From Candidatus Eiseniibacteriota bacterium (lineage in GTDB: Bacteria; Orphanbacterota; Orphanbacteria; Orphanbacterales; Orphanbacteraceae): a DNA stretch of 64,000 bases. The stretch's first letter is position 1. Each line of letters begins with the position of its first letter. The notes under the pieces are model-generated. The model made no database searches. It worked only from the letters and a program-made list of their open reading frames with translations, and was not told the origin of the DNA. Below are positions 1 to 13,793 of this stretch, piece by piece. Position numbers and translations under genes: made by a program. The stretch spans positions 1 through 64,000 of the forward strand of contig JBDROZ010000026.1 in NCBI GenBank assembly GCA_043809585.1, written 5' to 3'.

Positions 1-71
1 CTCGCCCTCGCGACGGAACCGCTTTCTCCGCCCGGACCTGTTCTCCCGGAAAGAATAAAGATACGGACCCG

Positions 72-3000
72 ATGAATTTACACAAACGACATCGATACGG
101 CCTGATGGGCGCCCTTCTCCTCCTCATCCTGCCCGCCATTACTTATGCCGGGGAGATCCTCCGTCTCGAGGGGTACGGCGCCCGGGACCGGACGCCCGCG
201 GAAGGGGCCCCGGTGCTCCGGCGTTTTCCCCACGTCATCGGCGGGGGGGAGCTCCGCCCGATCGTCCCCTCCTTCCGGCGGACCTACGAGGATCTCCTCA
301 AGAGCACGGCGCCGGCGGAGCCCGAAACGGTGAGGGTGGCGGTCTTCCGCATCGAGTTCGAGAACGACACGGCCGGGGACGCGACGACCGGCGAGGGGCG
401 TTTCCTGACCGGTGAAGACGACGGGACCTGGTTCGTCGACGCCCCGCCTCACGATTCGACCTACTTTCACACCCATCTCGAGACCCTCCGCCGCTATTAC
501 GAAGCCCAGTCGTACGGGAGGCTCCGCATCGAGTGGGAGATCTTTCCGAAATCGAAGGACGCCGGCGAGTACCGGCTCTCCGACAGCCAGGACTACCTGC
601 CCGAGGGGGATCCTGCCGACTGGGACCTCGAGGTGCGCGTCGACGGCCTGATCCGGCTTTGCACGGACGCGTTGAAACTGGTGGACACGGTCGACGCGGC
701 CGTCCACTTCTCCGAGTTCGACGGTTACATGATCATCCACGCGGGTCCCGATCTGCAGACCGACGTGGGCGGCGACTCGCCGGGGGACACGCCGAGCTTC
801 TTCCTCGCCTACGGCGACGAGGACACGGTCTGGGTCGACCGGGACGCGGGGGACCCCCACCTGATCCGCGGCACCACCATGATCCCCGAGTACACCGCCC
901 AGGACGGGTTCGTGTTCGGACTGAACGGCGTCATCGCCCACGAGTTCGGCCACCAGCTCGGCCTGCCCGATCTGTACAACACGAATTACAGCTGGCCCGC
1001 CATCGGGGTCTGGGGCCTGATGGACAGCGGCGGAATGGTCTCCATCGACGCGGGGGACATCTACCTCGGCAGCGTCATCCCCGCCTCGCTTTGCGCATGG
1101 TCCAAGCTCTATCTCGGCTGGGCCTCGCCGGAGATCGTGACCGAGACGGAGGACCTCTCCCTCGCCTGCGCCACGCTCCTCGAGAACCCGGAAAAGCTTC
1201 CTCGTTACGCCCTGATCCCCGTGAACGACCAGGAGTACTTCATCCTCGAGAACCGGTGCGGCCTCGCCGAGGAGGGGGAATTCGCGGCGAAGCTCGACAC
1301 GGTCAACCGGGTGATCCTCGGGCCCGTCAGGAACGACGACACCGAGGCGTTCACCTTCGACTACGACTACGCCCTCCCCGGCTGGGGCGTGCTCGTCTGG
1401 CACGTGAACAACCGGCACCTGACGCCGGAGCGGATCGTCTACTTCAACGACGTGAACAACGACTACAACGACCGGGCCGTGGAAGTGAAGGAGGCGGACG
1501 GGATCAAGGATCTCGGCAACCCGTACTCCGCCTACTGGGACGGCAGCCCCCACGATCCCTTCTATGAAGGAAACGCGACCCTTTTCGGCCCGAACTCGTG
1601 GCCGAACTCGGATCTCCGGGACGGGGGCAGGTCGCGGGTGACCGTGAAGGAGATCGGCGTGCCGGGGAAGACGATGAGCCTCCGGGTCGAAGTGGACCGG
1701 AACCTCGCCGGTTTCCCCCTGCCCATGCTTCCCGACTCGTCGGCGGTGGAGCCGGTCGGGATCGTCCGGGCCCGCGCCTCGGGGGCGCCCGTCGCCGCAT
1801 TTTGGAGCGTGTCGGATTCGACGGACATCCGGTACGGCGTTACCCTCGCCGCGCGTGCTTCCGATTCCCTGGATGTGGTTCGTGCGTTCTTTCCCGGTTC
1901 TGCTCAAGGCCCGCCTCTCGCGGGAGACCTGTACGGGGATCCGGAGGAGGAGATCTACGGGATCGCCGGGGGCTCGGTGTATCGCATCGACCGGGAATCG
2001 GAAGGCCTGTTGGTCGACTTGGGAAAGCTGCGGGGCGACTCGGTCCTCGCCGGCCCGCTCCTCCTGGACTCCGACGGGAAGGGCCGGGAGGAGATCGTCC
2101 TCTTCGACGAGTACGGTTTGGTCGCCTACGGGGTGGACCGGGACTCGATCCGGTCCCCCAGGGTCATCTCGATCGGGGACCGGCCCGCGTCGAACCTGGC
2201 CGCCGACCCGGACCTCCGGAGCCTCTACTATGTCGCCACCGACGGCGTTTTCGTCGGCTTCGGTCTCGGCGCGGGGAAGGGGGCCGCCCGGGCCGGCCTC
2301 CGGGCCGCCGCCGGCGGGGGAGCCCTCGCCTCGCTGCTGACCGCCGATTTCGACGGCGACGGAACCCGGGAGATCGCGGTCGTCCTGGAGGACGGATTCG
2401 TCTTCCTCTTCCGGCCGGATGCCGAAGTCGTGGAGGGCTGGCCCGTCGACATCGGCAGGGCGCCGACGGGGGAGCCCTTCGTCTGTGACCGGAACGGCGA
2501 CGGCTTCCTCGAGCTCGCAATTCCCGCGGGGGAAGAGCTGGTGCTCCTCGACCGGAACGGCCTGATCGCCACGGACACGCCCTACTCGATTCCCCCTTAT
2601 CTCCGCCGGGGCGTGCCTCTCGTGGGGAACGGGATCGCCGGACGGGGCGTGACCGGCGACGACGTCTGGCCGGTGATCGCCGACGGCGGCGGCCGGCTCT
2701 GGCGGTGGAACGGATGGGAGGAGATCGCCGAGGGGTGGCCGATCTCCACGGGGACCCGGAACGGCGCGATCGTCGCCGGCCCCGGCCCGGCCGGAACGGG
2801 GGCGGCGGCGTACGCCCTCTCGGCGGACGGCTTCCTCTACGCCTACGATCTCGATGGTTTCGATCCGGACCGCCTCCTTTGGAGCGGGCCGGGCGGAGGG
2901 AGCGCCATGCGCTACGCGGCCAGCGACGATGCCGCGGCCGAACCACTTCCCGCGGGGAACGGCGAAGCGATGATCACCTCCGCCTTCTGCTACCCCAATC

Positions 3001-3233
3001 CGGTCCGGCAGGGCCGGGCCCTTCTCCGATACGCCCTCTCCTCGGACGCGGCCGTGACCATCGAGGTCCATGACGGCGCGGGGGGACGGGCGAAGAGCCT
3101 CGCGGGAGCGCCCGGCAGGCGGGGGGAGAACGAGGTAACCATGGACACATCCGATCTCGCGAGCGGCGTCTACGTGGTCCGCATCGAAGCGGGAACGGAT
3201 GTGACCTTCGTGAAAGTGGCGGTATTGAAATAG
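72..3233 (+). CDS. Secreted M6/immune-inhibitor-A-like zinc metalloprotease with FG-GAP repeats and C-terminal YPNP...SGVY Ig-like sorting domain
   Basis: Signal peptide; IIHAG and AHEFGHQLGLPDLY metzincin motifs; EYFILENR; DFDGDG and DRNGDG repeats; C-terminal YPNP...DLASGVYVVRI. Confidence 0.85.
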   Translation: MNLHKRHRYGLMGALLLLILPAITYAGEILRLEGYGARDRTPAEGAPVLRRFPHVIGGGELRPIVPSFRRTYEDLLKSTAPAEPETVRVAVFRIEFENDTAGDATTGEGRFLTGEDDGTWFVDAPPHDSTYFHTHLETLRRYYEAQSYGRLRIEWEIFPKSKDAGEYRLSDSQDYLPEGDPADWDLEVRVDGLIRLCTDALKLVDTVDAAVHFSEFDGYMIIHAGPDLQTDVGGDSPGDTPSFFLAYGDEDTVWVDRDAGDPHLIRGTTMIPEYTAQDGFVFGLNGVIAHEFGHQLGLPDLYNTNYSWPAIGVWGLMDSGGMVSIDAGDIYLGSVIPASLCAWSKLYLGWASPEIVTETEDLSLACATLLENPEKLPRYALIPVNDQEYFILENRCGLAEEGEFAAKLDTVNRVILGPVRNDDTEAFTFDYDYALPGWGVLVWHVNNRHLTPERIVYFNDVNNDYNDRAVEVKEADGIKDLGNPYSAYWDGSPHDPFYEGNATLFGPNSWPNSDLRDGGRSRVTVKEIGVPGKTMSLRVEVDRNLAGFPLPMLPDSSAVEPVGIVRARASGAPVAAFWSVSDSTDIRYGVTLAARASDSLDVVRAFFPGSAQGPPLAGDLYGDPEEEIYGIAGGSVYRIDRESEGLLVDLGKLRGDSVLAGPLLLDSDGKGREEIVLFDEYGLVAYGVDRDSIRSPRVISIGDRPASNLAADPDLRSLYYVATDGVFVGFGLGAGKGAARAGLRAAAGGGALASLLTADFDGDGTREIAVVLEDGFVFLFRPDAEVVEGWPVDIGRAPTGEPFVCDRNGDGFLELAIPAGEELVLLDRNGLIATDTPYSIPPYLRRGVPLVGNGIAGRGVTGDDVWPVIADGGGRLWRWNGWEEIAEGWPISTGTRNGAIVAGPGPAGTGAAAYALSADGFLYAYDLDGFDPDRLLWSGPGGGSAMRYAASDDAAAEPLPAGNGEAMITSAFCYPNPVRQGRALLRYALSSDAAVTIEVHDGAGGRAKSLAGAPGRRGENEVTMDTSDLASGVYVVRIEAGTDVTFVKVAVLK

Positions 3234-3250
3234 CGGGGAGGCTCGGCGCC

Positions 3251-4105
3251 GTGCATCGATTCGTCTTTGCTCTACTCGCCCTCTTGATCGTGTCCGGAAC
3301 GGCCTCGTCCGTTTCTCCGGGGAGTGTCGAACAGACGCTGCGGGCGGAGATCCGCCGGCTGCCTCCCCCTCCGTCGTCGGACGACCTCGCGGACATGACC
3401 CGGACGAACGCCCTTTCGCCGAAGCGGGCCTTCCTCTACTCTCTCGCCCTTCCCGGCCTCGGCCAGGCCTATGCGAGTGGATGGAATCCCTGGTCGTGGC
3501 ATATGGCACGGGGTGTGGCGTACGGCGCCTTCGAGGCGGTGGCGTGGGTTCGACAACAAGATAACCACGGCCGGGGCATGGACAAGCAGACCGAGTACCG
3601 CGCCTACGCGAGGGAGAACTGGCAGTGGCGGCCCGACGCGTGCGCCAATTGGAACGGGGGGGACGGGGCGATTGACGACGATCCCTTCCAGATCGATCCG
3701 ATACCGGGAGCCGACGGCGTGGATTGGTACATCGACACGGAGGCGGAGTGGCTCGAGTTCTACGAGGACATCCACAAGTTGCAGAAGTGGATGTGCGGCT
3801 GGGACGACTACCTGGCCGACCGCTACTACGAGACCGACAGCGACCGGGAGAACAACCTCTGGTCGACACCGATGCAGAAAGAATACAGGGCCATGCGCCA
3901 GGAGCAGAACGACCGGATGGCGACGGCGGACCACTGGATGTGGGCGATCGTCGGCAATCATCTCGTCTCCGCCTTCGACGCCTACTGGACGGCCAAACTC
4001 CGTGGCGCGGGGGGATTGGAGGCGGTTTCACGCTTGCCTCGGGTCAAGTTCGATGAGACCCTATCGGGCGGCGGAGCCGTGGTGGCCCTCGCCTGGAGCT
4101 TTTAG
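3251..4105 (+). CDS. Exported/membrane hypothetical protein (DUF5683-like), paralog 1
   Basis: Signal peptide; SLALPGLGQAY and NHLVSAFDAY motifs; terminal Phe. Confidence 0.6.
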   Translation: MHRFVFALLALLIVSGTASSVSPGSVEQTLRAEIRRLPPPPSSDDLADMTRTNALSPKRAFLYSLALPGLGQAYASGWNPWSWHMARGVAYGAFEAVAWVRQQDNHGRGMDKQTEYRAYARENWQWRPDACANWNGGDGAIDDDPFQIDPIPGADGVDWYIDTEAEWLEFYEDIHKLQKWMCGWDDYLADRYYETDSDRENNLWSTPMQKEYRAMRQEQNDRMATADHWMWAIVGNHLVSAFDAYWTAKLRGAGGLEAVSRLPRVKFDETLSGGGAVVALAWSF

Positions 4106-4885
4106 GTGATGCCTGTGCGAAAAGCGCTTCTCCTCATTCTCTCTCTCGTCCTCGCGGCCCCGGCCGCCCTCGGCTCCGATCTGGACGCCCGGTTCCGCCG
4201 GGCCGCCGGCGAGGAGATGGACCTTCGCTTCCCCGCGGGGGAGGAAGGGGAAGGAGGGGGCCACGGCGCCTCCCGGGTGAAGCCCTTCCTTCTCTCCGCT
4301 CTTCTCCCCGGTCTCGGCCAGAGGGAAAACGGATCCGTGCTCCGGAGCCGGATCTTCTTCGCGGCCGAGGCGGTCATCTGGACGAGCTTCATCGTCTTCA
4401 AGAGCCAGGAGCATCTCCGCACGAACGATTTCGAGGAGTTCGCCGAGGCCTACGCCGGCGCGGAAGGGACGGGTAAGGATTTCGAATTCTACCGCATCCT
4501 CACCATCTACGACGACGTGGACCAGTACAACGAGTCGGTGCGGATCGAGGCGCGGGCGATCTACCCGCCGAGCCAGTATCCCCAGGAGGTCCGGGACCAG
4601 TACCTCGCCGAGAACGGGTTCGGGCCGGACAGGGCTTTCCGGTGGCGGACGAACGAGGCCCGGCTCGACTACCGGCTCATCCGTAACGACGCCCTGAACT
4701 CGGGCCGCCGCGCCGACTACGCTCTCGTGGCCGCCGTGGTGAACCGAGCCCTTTCCGCCGTGGAAGCGGCCCGCGCCGCCGGCCGTCTCCACAAACTGGC
4801 GGCCGCGGCCTCGATGGTCCGGGTGGCCGCGTCGGACGACGGCGGCCCGGCGGTGCTCCGGGTGGGTGTCGCCGCCCCCTTCTGA
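4106..4885 (+). CDS. Exported/membrane hypothetical protein (DUF5683-like), paralog 2
   Basis: Signal peptide; SALLPGLGQ and NRALSAVEA motifs match the upstream gene; terminal Phe. Confidence 0.6.
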   Translation: MMPVRKALLLILSLVLAAPAALGSDLDARFRRAAGEEMDLRFPAGEEGEGGGHGASRVKPFLLSALLPGLGQRENGSVLRSRIFFAAEAVIWTSFIVFKSQEHLRTNDFEEFAEAYAGAEGTGKDFEFYRILTIYDDVDQYNESVRIEARAIYPPSQYPQEVRDQYLAENGFGPDRAFRWRTNEARLDYRLIRNDALNSGRRADYALVAAVVNRALSAVEAARAAGRLHKLAAAASMVRVAASDDGGPAVLRVGVAAPF

Positions 4886-5813
4886 TCCCCTCGCAAGGAG
4901 ACCGTCCTTGGGCCTCCTCATTCCTCTTCTGGTTCTCGCGCTGACCGGCGCATGCGCCCGCGCCGACATCGTCCCCGTTGCCGTGTGGACCGGCGAGGGG
5001 GAATCGAAGCTCCTTGCCCCGATGGATCTCTCCGTGGGACTGGGCGGCAAAGTGTACGTCGCCGATTCCGGAAATCACCGGGTGGTCGTCTTCGACACGA
5101 GCGGCGCCGTGATCTCCCGCATCGGATTCGCCGGTTCCGCGCCGGGGCGCTTCGTGGAGCCCACCGACGTCTCCGCCGCCGAGGGGCTTCATCTCTACGT
5201 GCTCGACGAGGGGAACGAGCGGATCCAGGTGTTCGACCGGTTCGAGCAGGGGGGCGAGGTGGTCCTCTCCCGGGAAGCGGGGACCGTCGGCATCCCGGCC
5301 GGCATCGCCTCCGATCCTTTCGGCGCCCTCTACGTCGCCGACACCGAGGAGGACCGGGTGCGGGTCTACCGCTCCTTCACCGGAGAGGAGGAGTTCTCCA
5401 TCGGCGGGTACGGCAGGGAGCCGGGGCGGTTCATCGGCCCGGCGGACGTGGCGGTCGACCGGGCCCGCCGGATCTACGTCACGGACCGGGAGAACGGACG
5501 GGTTCAGGTCTTCGATTCGCTCGGGGGTTATCTCCGGAGCTTCGGAGACGGGAAGGGGCCGGGCCGTCTCTCGTTCCCCACCGGAATCGCCGTGGACATG
5601 AGGGGCCGGGTCTATGTCGCCGACACGGGAAACGACCGGGTCGTCCTTTTCGGAGAGGACGGAACGTTCTTGGACGAAGTCCTGCAGGGCCCGGGCGGGC
5701 TCCCCCTCGCCGCCCCCCGGGGCGTCGCCCTCGGCGACGACGGGACCTTTTACGTCTCCGATTCAGGCAACCACCGGATATGCGTCTACCTTTTCCGCTC
5801 CGGCGCGCCGTGA
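4866..5813 (+). CDS. NHL-repeat beta-propeller protein
   Basis: About six P-x-G/D-(I/V)A...YV(A/T/S)D(S/T)xNxR(V/I) repeats after a hydrophobic N-terminus. Confidence 0.85.
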   Translation: MSPPPSDPLARRPSLGLLIPLLVLALTGACARADIVPVAVWTGEGESKLLAPMDLSVGLGGKVYVADSGNHRVVVFDTSGAVISRIGFAGSAPGRFVEPTDVSAAEGLHLYVLDEGNERIQVFDRFEQGGEVVLSREAGTVGIPAGIASDPFGALYVADTEEDRVRVYRSFTGEEEFSIGGYGREPGRFIGPADVAVDRARRIYVTDRENGRVQVFDSLGGYLRSFGDGKGPGRLSFPTGIAVDMRGRVYVADTGNDRVVLFGEDGTFLDEVLQGPGGLPLAAPRGVALGDDGTFYVSDSGNHRICVYLFRSGAP

Positions 5814-8800
5814 TCCCCCCGTCCCGGACGGGGTGGACCGCGTTCCTCCTCCTCGTCCTTCTTCCGTCCCTTCTCTCTCTCTTCCCCCTTTCCGCTTCCG
5901 GCGAAGGCCGGACCCTTCTCTCCGAAAGAACCTACCGGCTCGGGCAGGGGGCGGAGGCCGTGGCGGGCGAAGATCGGTCCGGGCCGTACACACTCGCCCG
6001 CCGTCCCCTCTTCGCGGGGAGTGAGCGAATCGAGCTGCACGGAGAGGTATTGAAGGCGAACGAGGACTACTGGATCCGCTACGACCGGGGGGAGATCACT
6101 TTCGCCTTCGACCTTCCCGCGGGGGACTCGGCGACGGTCCGTTACCGGTTCCTCCCGCTCCCGATCCCGGAGGAGCGCTTCCTTCATCGCCTCCGCCTCG
6201 TGGAAGGGGAGGAGGAAGGGATCCTCGTTCCCGCAAAGTCGCCGGCGCCCCTCGCCGGTCCCCTCGACACGGGGGCGCTCCGAGTCGGCGGGAGCAAGTC
6301 CTTTTCGGTGCTCATCGGCTCCGATCGGGAGCTGACCCTGGAACAGGCCCTCCGGGTCCGCGTAACGGGGCATCTGACGGAGGGGGTCCGCGTCACCGCC
6401 CAGCTCACGGACCAGAATCTTCCCTTCCAGCCGGAAGGGCGATCGGAGCGACTCGAGGAGCTCGACCAGGTTCTCGTCAAGGTCGAGGGGGATCGGTTCG
6501 GTGCGACCCTCGGCGACTACGAGATCCGCTACGACGACTCCGAGTTCGGCCGTTACCAGCGCGTACTGCAGGGGGCCTCCGGGATGGTCCGGGGCGAGGG
6601 GTACGAGGCGGAGGTGTCGGGCGGGCTCTCGAAAGGGGAGTACCGCTCCGTCGAGATCCGGGGCGTCGAAGGCAAGCAGGGACCGTACCGGCTGCAGGGC
6701 CCGTCGTCCCTCGGCGAGCTCGTGGTCGCCGGGAGCGAACAGGTCTGGCTCGACGGGCGGCGCATGTCCCGGGGGGACGACAACGACTACGTGATCGACT
6801 ACAGCGAAGGGTCGGTCACATTCAACCCGAACGTCCGGATCTCGTCGGACAGCCGGGTGGCCGTCGACTTCCAGGTCACGGGGGACCGCTACCGCCGGAA
6901 CTTCTTCACGAGCCGGTTCCGGCTCCGGGGAGGGGAGGGGCGTTACCGGCTGGGAGGGACCTTCCTCTCCGAGCGGGACGACGAGGGCGAGCCGGAGGCG
7001 ATCGTGCTCACCGAGCCGGAGTACGATTCCCTTCGCGCGGCGGGGGACTCCTCCCCCCTCGGTTCCTCGGCCCGCCCCGTGGAGGAAGGGGGCGACTACG
7101 ACACCCTCGGAGGCGTGTTCGTCTTCGCCGGCCGGGACTCGGGCGACTTCGCCGTCTCGTTCCGGCAGGTCGAACCGGGGGCAGGGGATTATGCCGACTC
7201 GATCTCCTCGGTCTGGGGGCGTCGCATCTTCGTCTTTGTCGGGGAGGGCAGAGGCAGCTACACGCCTGCCGTGCCGATCCCCCTCCCCGAGTCGCACCGC
7301 GTCTTCAGCCTGGCCGGCGAGGCGAATCCGGGCGGGCCGCTCCGGGTCGGCGGAGAAGTCGCGTGGAGCGACCGGGACCGGAACGTGCTCTCCTCCCTGG
7401 ACGACGGCGACAACACGGGGACGGGGGCCAAGCTGGAGGCGCGGCTCGACGAGGTTCCCCTCCATGCCGGTGGGGTCTCCCTCGGCGGCGTCGAACTCCT
7501 CGGCGCCTACCGGAGGATGACGGAGAACTTCGAACCCCTCGGCCGCTACCGGGAGCCCCACCGGGACGACCGGTGGATGACGGCCGACCTCCGCCGGGCC
7601 GTCGGTCCCGGCCGGCAGGAGGAGGACCGGCTCGGCGCGGGGGACGCCTTCGCCCCCCGGGGGGAGGAGACGATCGTCAGCGGCGAGGGGGCCTGGCGGC
7701 GGGGGACGGCCCTCGGCCGGATCACCCTCGGGAGCGAGGGGGGCACCCTCCGAAGGAGGGGATTCGATTCGGACCGCTGGTCGTGGAGGGGCGATCTGGA
7801 GCAGGAGGGGCGCTATCGGGCCGGGTACAAGGAGGAGCGGATCGAAAGCGCCGACGGCGACACGATCCGGGGAGAGACGTCCCGGCGGACCGGGGAGGGT
7901 TCCCTCCGGGTCGGTCCGGTCCGGCCCTCGCTCCGCGTCGTCAGGAGCGAGCGGGCCTTCGACCGGGAGGGCGTTCTCTTCCGGGGGGACCGGGGCGCCC
8001 GCGAGAAGATCGGTCTCGGTTTCGGTTCCGGCCCGAGGTTCGATGTGGAGGGGGCCGTCACATTCGAACGGAACGAGTACGCGGACACGGCCTCCGCCTC
8101 GGGATGGTCGGACTGGTACGACGGGCGGACCGACGAAGTCTCCCTCCGGTGGCGGGGTGCCCTCACCGTCGCCGCCGCGTACAGCCATCGCGCCCTGGAT
8201 TACGGGGAGACGGTCACCGAGGGGAACCGGCGGAGCGACCTCGGCCGGCTCGAGGTGCAGCACGGCGGGATCGGCGGCGCCCTCCGAGGCACGTGGAGCT
8301 ACGAAGTGACCACCGAGGAGCGGCGCCCCCGCCGGCGCCTTCTCCTCCGCGCGCCGGCCGGGGAGAAGGCGGACTACGACAGTCTGGGGAACTACTTCCC
8401 CGGCGAGGGGACGTTCAACCAGGAGATCGTGGACGGCGACCCGGAGCCGGTGGTGGAAATCGAGGTGGGCGCCACGATACGGGTCGAGCCCGGGCGGCGG
8501 AAGGGCGCCTCTCCCAGCCGCCTCTGGAAGGGGATCCGGACCGAGACCTTCGCCCGCGTCGAGGAGCGGTCCCGCACCGACGACCCCGCGTCGCTGCTCC
8601 TTCTCGATCCGGATGCGTTCCAGCGGAACGGGACGACGATCCGGGGGAACACGGTCCTTCGCCAGGAGGTGCGCTGGAGCGATCCCCTTTCCGAGGGGAG
8701 CGTGAACCTCCGCTACCAGAGAGAGGACCGGGAGGAGAACGAGTTCGCCCTGATCCACCGGGACGACTTGGTGCATACATTCCTCGTCCGGGGGAAGGCG

Positions 8801-9268
8801 CCTCTCGGCGAGCGCTGGAGCGGCGAGCTCGAGTGGAACCGCCGCCTCGAGCGGGAGGACTCGAACGACTCGAGGGCGGTGGACCTCGCCGGCGATGACT
8901 GGAAGGCATCCCTCGTCTACCTTCCCGGCCCGCGATGGCGCCTGATCTTTCCCGGCGCCTACCAGATCGAAAAGGAGACGGTGCGGCGGGAAAAGGTCGC
9001 TTCGTGGCGGGTGGAGCCGGAGGCCTCGGTGAACCTCGCCGCCCGGAGCCGTCTCGACGGCCGCGTCTCCTTCGTCCAGTTCCTGAAGGAAGACCTCGAC
9101 CGGGCAGGGTCGTTTCTCCGGAACCGCCGGGAGGGGCTCCGGTGGCGACTGCAGTTCGCTTACGAGTGGAACCGCGTTCTCTCGTCGAGCCTCGCGTACA
9201 GCGGAGAGAACCTGAAGGGCGAGGAGACGAAACAGCAGTTCCGCGCCGAGATGAGGGCCTTCTTCTGA
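5810..9268 (+). CDS. Large (~1150 aa) outer-membrane beta-barrel protein with two SprA-like GSE...DYxIxY..G.(I/V)TF motifs
   Basis: GTG start overlaps the upstream TGA; signal peptide; amphipathic strands; ends FRAEMRAFF. The upstream part of ORF 4952 is shadow sequence. Confidence 0.65.
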   Translation: MIPPSRTGWTAFLLLVLLPSLLSLFPLSASGEGRTLLSERTYRLGQGAEAVAGEDRSGPYTLARRPLFAGSERIELHGEVLKANEDYWIRYDRGEITFAFDLPAGDSATVRYRFLPLPIPEERFLHRLRLVEGEEEGILVPAKSPAPLAGPLDTGALRVGGSKSFSVLIGSDRELTLEQALRVRVTGHLTEGVRVTAQLTDQNLPFQPEGRSERLEELDQVLVKVEGDRFGATLGDYEIRYDDSEFGRYQRVLQGASGMVRGEGYEAEVSGGLSKGEYRSVEIRGVEGKQGPYRLQGPSSLGELVVAGSEQVWLDGRRMSRGDDNDYVIDYSEGSVTFNPNVRISSDSRVAVDFQVTGDRYRRNFFTSRFRLRGGEGRYRLGGTFLSERDDEGEPEAIVLTEPEYDSLRAAGDSSPLGSSARPVEEGGDYDTLGGVFVFAGRDSGDFAVSFRQVEPGAGDYADSISSVWGRRIFVFVGEGRGSYTPAVPIPLPESHRVFSLAGEANPGGPLRVGGEVAWSDRDRNVLSSLDDGDNTGTGAKLEARLDEVPLHAGGVSLGGVELLGAYRRMTENFEPLGRYREPHRDDRWMTADLRRAVGPGRQEEDRLGAGDAFAPRGEETIVSGEGAWRRGTALGRITLGSEGGTLRRRGFDSDRWSWRGDLEQEGRYRAGYKEERIESADGDTIRGETSRRTGEGSLRVGPVRPSLRVVRSERAFDREGVLFRGDRGAREKIGLGFGSGPRFDVEGAVTFERNEYADTASASGWSDWYDGRTDEVSLRWRGALTVAAAYSHRALDYGETVTEGNRRSDLGRLEVQHGGIGGALRGTWSYEVTTEERRPRRRLLLRAPAGEKADYDSLGNYFPGEGTFNQEIVDGDPEPVVEIEVGATIRVEPGRRKGASPSRLWKGIRTETFARVEERSRTDDPASLLLLDPDAFQRNGTTIRGNTVLRQEVRWSDPLSEGSVNLRYQREDREENEFALIHRDDLVHTFLVRGKAPLGERWSGELEWNRRLEREDSNDSRAVDLAGDDWKASLVYLPGPRWRLIFPGAYQIEKETVRREKVASWRVEPEASVNLAARSRLDGRVSFVQFLKEDLDRAGSFLRNRREGLRWRLQFAYEWNRVLSSSLAYSGENLKGEETKQQFRAEMRAFF

Positions 9269-10998
9269 TGAAATCCCGTATTCTCGCGGCGGCCGTCCTT
9301 CTCCTCCTCCTCCCCGCTCTCGCCGGGGGGGCGACGATCGGCTCCGTCCGCATCGAGGGGACCGGCACTCTTTCCCGGGAGGTGGGGGCGCGGTTCTTCG
9401 GTCTCAGGGAGGGGGACGAGTGGAGCGCCGGCGCGGAATCCTCGGCGGTGGCCCGTCTCCTCGAAGCGTACGGGGCGCGGGGAATGCTGGCCGCGGAGGC
9501 GACGGTCCGGGTGAGCGAGGACCCGGAAGGCGTCGTCCATCTGGAGATCGAAATCCGGGAGGGCCCCGTGCGGCCTCTGGCGAGAGTAGGGATCGAGGGG
9601 ATCGAGAGCGTGCCCCTCGATGAGGCGCGGGGCCGCTTCGACACGCGGCCGGGCCGGATCCTCGAGCCCCGATTGCTCGAGGAGGACGCGGACCGTCTCC
9701 TCCGCGGCTACGCCCGGCGGGGTCGGCCCTTCGCGCGTCTCCTGGTGACGGGCGTGACCGAAGAAGATGATGGCATCGGTCTCGACCTCCGGGTCGTGGA
9801 AGGACCGTTCCTCACCCTCGGGGACATCAAGATCGCCGGGAACCGGAGAACGAAACCGGCCACGCTCCGGCGCCTTTCGGGGCTCCGCTTCGGCGAGCCC
9901 TACGATCAGGACGCCGTGGACGGCAGCCGCCAGCGTCTTCTGCGAAGCGGGCTCTTTCGAATCGTCTCGGAGCCGGCGGCCCGGATCGACTGGAAGGAGA
10001 AGACCGCCGTCGTCGAGATGGAAGTGGAGGAAGCCCGGACCAACCGGGTCGCGGGCGTTCTCGGTTACGCGCCCGGCGCGAAGGGGGAGGACGGGGCCTT
10101 CACCGGCTACGCGGACGTGGAGTTCCGGAACATCCTCGGGACCGCCCGGAGCGGCGGCGCGCGGTGGGAGCGGATCTCCCCGGAGTCGCGTCACGTCCGC
10201 CTCTTCTACCGGGAACCCTGGCTCCTCGGCGGGCCCTTCGCCCTCGGCGGCCGCGTCGAGCAGACCCTCCGGGACTCGACCTTCTCCCGGGTCTCCGGTG
10301 TTCTCGAATCGGACGTCGATCTCTCCCGGCGGGTCTCGGCGTCGTTCACGATCGCCGGGGAGAGCATGAAACCCCGGTCCGACCGGACCGCCGTCCCCCG
10401 GAGCACCCGGACCACGGGGGGGGTGGGTTTCCGTTTCGAAGGGAGGGACTTCCCGGCGAACCCGCGCTCCGGCCTCGGCCTCCATCTCGGGGCGGAGTAC
10501 GGCGAGAGGAAGACCGAGGAGGATCCGGACCGGGGCATCGCCGGGAACCGGATCCGGCAGGCGACATTGGACGGGGGCTTCGCGATCTACCGCGCCCTCG
10601 GACGGGTGGCGGTGCTCGCCCTGGAAGCGGAGGGGATCGGGCGCTTCACCGACGCCCCCTACGTCCCGGCCTACGATCAGTTCTATCTCGGCGGGGCGAG
10701 GACTCTCCGGGGGTACGACGAGGACCGGTTCCGGGGGAGCCGCCTGGCCTGGTCGCGCTTCGAGTACCGGTATCTGCTCGGCGCCCTCTCCCGGGTCTTC
10801 CTTTTCGTCGACACGGGTTACGTCTTCGCCCGCCGGGAGGAGGGGGGCGATGTGGTCCGGGACGAGTTCATCCGGACCGGATACGGTTTCGGTCTCCGGG
10901 TCGACTCCCGCGCCGGGATCATCGGCATCGACTACGGCCTCGGCAAGGGGGACTCGTTCGGGAACGGCAAGATCCACGTCAGCGCCGAAGGCTCTTTT

Positions 10999-11001
<3 letters not shown>
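9268..11001 (+). CDS. Omp85/BamA-TamA family protein with POTRA domains
   Basis: TGATG-coupled start; POTRA motif IAGNRRTK; loop-6 motif GGARTLRGY; terminal Phe. Confidence 0.85.
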
Positions 11002-13770
<2,769 letters not shown>

Positions 13771-13793
13771 ATCCCGTCGTTCGAGAGCCGGTC

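Noticed and set aside
78-4031. Very long antisense and alternate-frame ORFs (e.g. 78-4031, 5786-8776, 43304-46753, 50501-53293 on the - strand)
   Set aside because: Shadows of GC3-biased genuine genes; Arg/Pro/Gly-rich with no recognisable motifs
4952-5809. N-terminal 286 codons of the 1438-aa ORF
   Set aside because: Overlaps the NHL gene in another frame; the real signal peptide starts at GTG 5810
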